DNA of 33,482 nucleotides, taken from sequence record DRR378314_1650. One strand, written 5' to 3'. Positions 27,902 through 33,482 of this stretch are shown one piece after another; the stretch's first letter is position 1; each line of letters starts with the position of its first letter. Both the position numbers and the translations under genes were made by a program. The notes below the pieces were generated by a model, which saw only the letters and a list, made by a program, of their open reading frames with translations, was not told where the DNA came from and searched no databases.

Positions 27902-29275
27902 ATGACCATCTGGAACCCGGACCTGATTCGCCAATACGGCGGCCCCGGCGCCCGCTACACCTCCTACCCGGCGGCCACCCGGTTCCATGAAGAAGTGAGC
28001 CTCGGCGACGTTCAGCGTTCCGTGGCGGCGGGCAACCGCGCCCACCGCAATCTGTCCCTGTATTGCCATATTCCGTTCTGCGCGTCGGTTTGCTACTACT
28101 GCGCCTGTAACCGGGTGATCACCGCCAACCGCGAGCGCGCCCTGCCCTACATCGCCCATCTGAAAACCGAGATCCGGCAGAAGGCGGCGCTGATCGACCG
28201 GCAAAGGCCGGTGGTCCAGATGCATTGGGGCGGTGGCACGCCGACGTTTCTGAGCGACGCGCAAATCACCGAGCTGGTGTACGAGCTGGCGCGCTATTTT
28301 CACCTCCTCGAAGACGACCGCGGCGACTACGCCATCGAAATCGATCCGCGCACGGTCGACCGCGCGCGGCTGGGGCTGCTGCGCGGGCTGGGCTTCAACC
28401 GCCTTAGCCTGGGGGTGCAGGACCTCGACCCGCGGGTGCAGCAAGCGGTGAACCGGGTACAGCCGGTGGCGATGATCCGTCGGGCGTTCGAGGACGCACG
28501 GGCCTTTGATTTTCATTCCATCAACGCGGACCTGATCTACGGCCTGCCCTGGCAGAGTGAAACCAGCCTGGCCCATTCGCTGGAGCAGTTGATCGCGCTG
28601 CGGCCGGAGCGCATCTCCCTGTACAACTACGCCCACCTGCCGGCGCGCTTCAAAATCCAGCGCCAGATACCGGAGCGCACCCTGCCCAGCCCCGAAGAGA
28701 AGCTGGCGATGCTGGTGCGCGCCGGCGGCATGCTGCAGGAGGCGGGCTACGAACTGATCGGCATGGACCACTTCGCCCTGCCCGACGACGACCTGGCCCG
28801 CGCCCGCCGCGAAGGCACCCTGCACCGCAACTTTCAGGGCTACACCCTGCACGGCGATGCCGATCTGATCGGCTTCGGGGTAAGCGCGATCAGCGATCTG
28901 CACGACCTGTACGCGCAGGCGCCGAAACGCATCGAGGACTGGCAGGACAGCGTCGCCAAAGGCGACTGGCCCCTGGAGCGCGGCTATTTGCTTAACCGCG
29001 ACGACCGCCTGCGGCGCTGGGTGATCATCGGCTTTCTCTGCCAGCTGCGCCTGGATCTGGCCGAGTTCCGGCAGGTGTGGGGGGTCGATTTCGTCGATTA
29101 CTTCAACGACGTCCTGCCGCAACTGGCGGTATTCGAAAAGCAGGGGCTGATCGCCATGCAGGACAGCGCCCTGGTGATCACGGATGCGGGGCGTCTGGTC
29201 GCCCGGGCGTTGGTGATGCCCTTCGATAATCACCGGGACCCGACGGCCGGCGAGCGCTTCAGCCGGATTATCTAA
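27902..29275 (+). CDS. hemN: Oxygen-independent coproporphyrinogen III oxidase
   Basis: RYTSYP, HIPFCASVCYYCAC radical-SAM motif, HWGGGTPT, IGMDHFA, LHRNFQGY; ATG 27902 after GGAG. Confidence 0.96.
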   Translation: MTIWNPDLIRQYGGPGARYTSYPAATRFHEEVSLGDVQRSVAAGNRAHRNLSLYCHIPFCASVCYYCACNRVITANRERALPYIAHLKTEIRQKAALIDRQRPVVQMHWGGGTPTFLSDAQITELVYELARYFHLLEDDRGDYAIEIDPRTVDRARLGLLRGLGFNRLSLGVQDLDPRVQQAVNRVQPVAMIRRAFEDARAFDFHSINADLIYGLPWQSETSLAHSLEQLIALRPERISLYNYAHLPARFKIQRQIPERTLPSPEEKLAMLVRAGGMLQEAGYELIGMDHFALPDDDLARARREGTLHRNFQGYTLHGDADLIGFGVSAISDLHDLYAQAPKRIEDWQDSVAKGDWPLERGYLLNRDDRLRRWVIIGFLCQLRLDLAEFRQVWGVDFVDYFNDVLPQLAVFEKQGLIAMQDSALVITDAGRLVARALVMPFDNHRDPTAGERFSRII

Positions 29276-29291
29276 TAAATTTTATAGGCCC

Positions 29292-29297
29292 TATAAT
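29292..29297 (+). promoter_or_regulatory. sigma70 -10 element for fnr
   Basis: Exact TATAAT in an AT-rich intergenic gap; supports ATG 29344 rather than 29296. Confidence 0.55.
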
Positions 29298-29343
29298 GAA
29301 CCAAGCCGCTTCCTTGCTACGTAGCCCGCCCGAAGGGGGGATC

Positions 29344-30054
29344 ATGACACGCAGTGTATCCTGCAACCAATGCAGCCTGAGCCCGATCTGCCTGCCGCTG
29401 GCCGTCGCGCCGGATCAGCTGGAAGAGCTCGATCGCATCATGCAACGCGGCCGCCCGCTGAAGCGCGGCGAGCACCTGTTCCGCGCCGCCGACGACTTCC
29501 ACGCGGTCTACGCGGTGCGCTCCGGCGCCCTCAAGACCTACGCGGTGTCCGACGACGGCGACGAACAGGTGACCGGCTTCTATCTGCCCGGCGAGATCGT
29601 CGGCATGGACGGTATCAGCACCGCCCGCCATCTGAGCAACGCCAAGGCGCTGGAAACCGCCACCGTTTGCGAGATCCCCTTTCACCGGCTTGAAGACCTG
29701 TCGCAGCGCATCCCGTCTCTTCAGCACCACTTTTTCGGGCTGATGAGCAACGAGATCCGCGCCGACCGCGAGCTTCATATGCTGCTCAGCAAAAAGAGCG
29801 CGGACGACCGGGTGGCGTCGCTGCTGCTGTCCCTGGCGGCCCGGCAACAGCGCCGGGGCCTGAGCGCGAAGCGTTTCCGCCTGCCCATGTCGCGCTACGA
29901 CATTGCCAACTATCTGGGGCTGGCGGTGGAAACCGTGAGCCGGATTTTTACCCGTTTTCAGCAACAGAAAACCCTGTGGGTGGACGGCCGTGAAGTGGAA
30001 ATTCTCGACCGTGAGACGCTGTGCGGCAGCGGCCGCCTGGGTGTGGAGGCCTGA
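29344..30054 (+). CDS. fnr: FNR/Anr oxygen-sensing transcriptional regulator
   Basis: C-X2-C-X5-C (CNQCSLSPIC) plus TVCEIP Cys; HTH DIANYLGLAVETVSR. Confidence 0.95.
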   Translation: MTRSVSCNQCSLSPICLPLAVAPDQLEELDRIMQRGRPLKRGEHLFRAADDFHAVYAVRSGALKTYAVSDDGDEQVTGFYLPGEIVGMDGISTARHLSNAKALETATVCEIPFHRLEDLSQRIPSLQHHFFGLMSNEIRADRELHMLLSKKSADDRVASLLLSLAARQQRRGLSAKRFRLPMSRYDIANYLGLAVETVSRIFTRFQQQKTLWVDGREVEILDRETLCGSGRLGVEA

Positions 30055-30056
30055 TC

Positions 30057-30977
30057 ATGAGCAATGCTATGGATGGTAACGGTATTCTGGTTTTTCTCGA
30101 CCGCGATCTGAAAGCGCCGCAGCCGGCGCTGACCAAGGGCCTGAAGCTGGCGCGCGCCGCCGGCCTGCCGTTGACGGTGATGGTCAACAGCGACTCGGCG
30201 GCGATGCGCCGGGCGGTGGGCCTGGACGAGGAACGGCGGCAGGCGGCGGAGAAACAGATTCGAAAGGCCTGGGACAAACGCATCGACGCGCTGTGCGGCG
30301 ACCACCAGGTGGACAAGCGCATCGTCTCCTCCCGGGACAGCGAACAGGCGCTGCGGGACACGGTCCGCGACTGCCGCCCGGTGCTCAGCGTGGTGCACAC
30401 CAGCGAGGAAGGCCGGCTGCGCCGCCATTTGTTCACGCCCCGCGACTGGCTGCTGATTCGCCATGCCCCCGGCGCGGTGCTGTGCGTGCATTCCGACCCC
30501 TGGAACGACACGCCCCGGTTCACCGCGGCGGTGGAGCCGGAACAGTATGAAGGCGGTCTGGACGACCGGGTGATCGGCGCCGCCGGTTATTGGTGCGAGC
30601 AGATGCACGGCGAGCTGGAGGCGGTGCATGTTCTGGAGCACCCGGACGAAACCCTGCTGCTGGTGGCCGGCGAAGCCCTGCCGGAATACGCCGCCAGCGC
30701 CGCCAACATTCGCGATTACCACCAGAAAGCGCTGGACGCCTTCGCCGAGCGCCACGCCCTGCCCAAGGACCGCGCCACCCTGCTGGAAGGGCCGGTATCA
30801 CGGACCCTGGCGGGCTACTGCGAGGAACAGGGCAGCGACTGCCTGGTGGTGGGCACGGTGCGCCGCAACCCGGTGGAGCGGCTGCTGCTGGGCGCCACCG
30901 CCGAAGGGCTTCTTACCCGTGCCGGCTGTGACGTGATGGTGGTCAAGCCGGACGACTTCGAGTCCGACTGGTTGTAA
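30057..30977 (+). CDS. Universal stress protein, tandem Usp domains (UspE-like)
   Basis: LFTPRDWLLIRHAP and LVVGTV...LLGATAEGLL...CDVMVVKP; downstream of fnr. Confidence 0.88.
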   Translation: MSNAMDGNGILVFLDRDLKAPQPALTKGLKLARAAGLPLTVMVNSDSAAMRRAVGLDEERRQAAEKQIRKAWDKRIDALCGDHQVDKRIVSSRDSEQALRDTVRDCRPVLSVVHTSEEGRLRRHLFTPRDWLLIRHAPGAVLCVHSDPWNDTPRFTAAVEPEQYEGGLDDRVIGAAGYWCEQMHGELEAVHVLEHPDETLLLVAGEALPEYAASAANIRDYHQKALDAFAERHALPKDRATLLEGPVSRTLAGYCEEQGSDCLVVGTVRRNPVERLLLGATAEGLLTRAGCDVMVVKPDDFESDWL

Positions 30978-31001
30978 CCCTCCGGCGGCCAAGGGAGGGG
31001 C

Positions 31002-31781
31002 TCAGGCGGCCCCTTCCGCGCGCCGGAACACCGGCTTGGTGTCGGTGGAAGCCGTCTTGTCGTAGCGGTAGCCGGCGACCCGGAACTTGTTCAATTGCGC
31101 CGGCGTTTCAATCCCTTCCTGCAGAATCCAGGCGGCCATCAGCCCGCGCGCCTTCTTGGCGTAGAAACTGATCACCTTGTATTTGCCGTTCTTCTCGTCC
31201 TGAAACACCGGTTCAATCACCGGCCCGGGCAGCTGCTCGGTGCGCACCGATTTGAAGTACTCATTGGACGCCAGATTCACCAGCACCTCGGTGCCGGCCG
31301 CCTTCATGTCTTTTTTCAGCTGTGCGGTGATAATGTCGCCCCAGAACTGGTAGAGATCCTTGCCGCGCTCATTGTCCAGGCGGGTGCCCATTTCCAGCCG
31401 GTAGGGCTGCATCAGATCCAGGGGGCGCAGCACGCCGTACAGGCCGCTGAGGATGCGCAGGCGGCTTTGCGCGGCTTTCAAATCGTCGCCGTCGAAGCGG
31501 CTCACGTCGAGGCCGGTGTACACATCGCCCTTGAACGCGAACAATGCGGGCCGGGCGTTGTGTTTATCAAAGGGGCGCGACCATTGCGCGAACCGTTCCA
31601 CGTTCAGGTGGGCGATCTTGTCGCTGACCTTCATCAGGCTGGCCAGATCCGCCGGTGACAGCTTGCGGGCACGCTCCACCAGTTCGGCGCTGTGTTCCAG
31701 AAGGCGCGGCTGGGTGGCGCGCAGCGACGGCAGCGGCGAGTCGTAATCCAGCGTTTTGGCCGGCGATACCACGATCAACAT
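31002..31781 (-). CDS. yaaA: Peroxide stress protein YaaA (UPF0246)
   Basis: MLIVVSPAKTLDY, FKGDVYTGL, LSGLYGVLRPLDLMQPYRLEMGT, NLASNEY, ISFYAKKARG. Confidence 0.96.
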   Translation of the reverse strand: MLIVVSPAKTLDYDSPLPSLRATQPRLLEHSAELVERARKLSPADLASLMKVSDKIAHLNVERFAQWSRPFDKHNARPALFAFKGDVYTGLDVSRFDGDDLKAAQSRLRILSGLYGVLRPLDLMQPYRLEMGTRLDNERGKDLYQFWGDIITAQLKKDMKAAGTEVLVNLASNEYFKSVRTEQLPGPVIEPVFQDEKNGKYKVISFYAKKARGLMAAWILQEGIETPAQLNKFRVAGYRYDKTASTDTKPVFRRAEGAA

Positions 31782-31911
31782 GCGGTTCTCCTTTACAAGA
31801 TGCAGACCCGATTATAAGAACACCGTCGAGAGAAGAAACAGGCTTTATACTATGGGCCCCTTGGCGAGATGCTATCGTAACCTCAACCGAACCGGGGAGT
31901 GATCCAGTCCG

Positions 31912-32388
31912 ATGCGCTTTTTGTTGGTGTTAACCGTGACCGTCGCCGTTGTCGTGCTGCTTTGGGGCAGCTGGCAAGCGGGCCGCAAGCCTTTTTACCT
32001 GGTCCTCGCCGGCGTCGCGCTGGCCGGCTCCATTTTCCTCGGCGCCATGCTGCTCACCGACCAGGAACGCCGTGTGCCCACCGACCCGGAGACCGTGGAG
32101 ACCAGCATCTCCAGCGTGCACGAAACCGAAACCACCTATCGCCTGCGCGGTGAAATCATCAATCGCGGCGAGAACGCGGTGGCGCGCACCGAAATCATGG
32201 CGGAAGCGCTCAGCTGCCCGCCGGCCAAAGCCTGCGAGGTGTTGTACGGCGAGCGCATGACGCTGTCCATGCACATCCCCGCCGGCGGACGCTACCCGCT
32301 CAATCTTTCCGTGCCCCGCCCCGACCGGGAAATCCAGGCCGAACGCTGGCGCGCCCGGGTGTTGCGGGTGGAAGCCTACGACCGCTGA
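31912..32388 (+). CDS. Hypothetical membrane protein (2 TM + beta-rich soluble domain)
   Basis: Two hydrophobic N-terminal segments; host-like codon usage; a Cys pair; GGGGAG upstream. Confidence 0.65.
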   Translation: MRFLLVLTVTVAVVVLLWGSWQAGRKPFYLVLAGVALAGSIFLGAMLLTDQERRVPTDPETVETSISSVHETETTYRLRGEIINRGENAVARTEIMAEALSCPPAKACEVLYGERMTLSMHIPAGGRYPLNLSVPRPDREIQAERWRARVLRVEAYDR

Positions 32389-32481
32389 TCACCGGGCCGT
32401 GGCATGGACCACTAGGCAATCGCCGACTAAATGGTCACAATGCCGGCTCCTCGAAGCACAGCAACGGCTGTAGGAGAGATA

Positions 32482-33315
32482 ATGGCAGCGCTCATTCCTG
32501 GCCACCCTACCCCAATCGCACCCAACGCCTGGCGGGTACTCGGCCGCAACCCGGGAATGATGACCGGGCCCGGCACCAACTCCTATCTGGTCGGTGACCG
32601 CGCGCTCACGGTCATCGACCCGGGCCCGGTGGACCACGAACACACCCAGGCGCTGCTGCACGCGGCGGAAAAGATCGGCCGCCCGATTGAACAGATTCTG
32701 GTCACCCACACCCACCGCGACCACTCCCCCGGCGCCCGCGAACTGGCCGAGGCCAGCGGCGCGCGCCTGCTCGGCCCCGACGTGCCCGACGACGGCCTGC
32801 AGGACGAAACCTGGGCCCCGGAACGGCGCCTGCGTCACGGCGAACGGGTGGATTGCGGCGGCACCGAACTGGAAGTGATCGCCACGCCCGGACATGTCGG
32901 CAATCACCTGTGTTATCTGATGGTGGACCAGAACCTGCTGTTCACCGGCGACCACCTGATTCAAGGCTCCACCGTGGTGATCGCCCCGCCGTCCGGCTCC
33001 ATGGCGGCCTATATGGACTCCCTGGCCCTGCTGCGCGACTACCGCATCGACCTGATGGCGCCGGGCCACGGCGACGTGATCGACGACCCCATGGCCACCG
33101 TCGACAAAACCCTAGCCCACCGCCGCGACCGCGAACGCAAGGTCGTGGAAGCGCTGGACTCGGACCCGATCACCGTCCAGGAACTGGTCACCCGGGTCTA
33201 CGAAGACGTCCCCGCCTTCCTGCACGGCGTCGCCTGCCTCTCCCTGGAAGCCCACCTGATCAAACTCCGCGACGAAGGCCGCGTCAGCCACACCAGCGGG
33301 AAATGGGCAGTCTGA
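32482..33315 (+). CDS. MBL-fold metallo-hydrolase (LACTB2-like, C-terminal winged helix)
   Basis: NPGMMTGPGTNSYL, VIDPG, THTHRDH, TPGH, FTGDH, PGHG, AHLIKL; ATG 32482 after AGGAG. Confidence 0.92.
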   Translation: MAALIPGHPTPIAPNAWRVLGRNPGMMTGPGTNSYLVGDRALTVIDPGPVDHEHTQALLHAAEKIGRPIEQILVTHTHRDHSPGARELAEASGARLLGPDVPDDGLQDETWAPERRLRHGERVDCGGTELEVIATPGHVGNHLCYLMVDQNLLFTGDHLIQGSTVVIAPPSGSMAAYMDSLALLRDYRIDLMAPGHGDVIDDPMATVDKTLAHRRDRERKVVEALDSDPITVQELVTRVYEDVPAFLHGVACLSLEAHLIKLRDEGRVSHTSGKWAV

Positions 33316-33321
33316 AACGGC

Positions 33322-33482
33322 AGTGAAGAGTTAACAGTTAATAGTTAACAGCTAAAAGACGCGGTCTTGTCCTTCCCCCACAGCTAGGCCGTGCCCGCGA
33401 AGTGGTGACGCGGGCACGGCCTAGCCGTTTATCCGGACCCCCGATCGCGCAACTATTAACTGTTCACTATTAACTATTAACT
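33322..33482. repeat. Inverted heptamer tandem arrays flanking a perfect 17-bp hairpin
   Basis: Five AG(T/C)(T/G)AAN units at 33322-33356; four reverse-complement units at 33455-33482 (running off the window); central IR GCTAGGCCGTGCCCGCG-9nt-CGCGGGCACGGCCTAGC at 33383-33425. Confidence 0.88.

Noticed and set aside
19750-30755. Many long antisense or off-frame ORFs over cco/hemN/fnr (e.g. 25230-26960, 27842-29233)
   Set aside because: Arg/Gly/Ala/Pro-rich GC shadows with no domain signal.
30978-30999. Terminator between usp and yaaA (CCCTCC...GGAGGG)
   Set aside because: 6-bp stem, 10-nt loop and no U-tract; too weak to call.
31782-31911. OxyR site upstream of yaaA
   Set aside because: Only two CTAT words 22 bp apart; the ATAG positions do not match.
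33322-33482. Possible CRISPR array
   Set aside because: Units are 7 bp, tandem and lack spacers; no cas genes.

Overview
High-GC gammaproteobacterial chromosome segment; the gene set is reminiscent of marine Alcanivoracaceae, which is inference only. It appears to span the replication terminus: a 28-bp dif site lies at 14814-14841, and by manual scan the KOPS octamers on both sides point towards it. Between bioA and dif sits an AT-rich island of about 4.6 kb carrying a type II CBASS anti-phage system (DncV/CdnA-like CD-NTase, Cap2 E2-E1, Cap3 JAB). Its only effector, a Cap15-type 2TM/beta-barrel protein, is transcribed divergently instead of in the operon. Left of the island are a MoxR ATPase + VWA pair (the VWA 3' end is triplicated), an AraC/sterol-desaturase-family islet, nfeD-slipin, a TraF-like outer-membrane protein, an MCP and bioA. 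Right of dif are an RND efflux pair behind a Fur-like box, the FNR-controlled ccoNOQPGHIS-DsbD_2-hemN-fnr-usp microaerobic cluster, yaaA, a membrane protein and an MBL-fold hydrolase. The window ends in a non-coding element made of inverted heptamer arrays around a perfect 17-bp hairpin. All family calls come from recognised motifs; no database searches were run.
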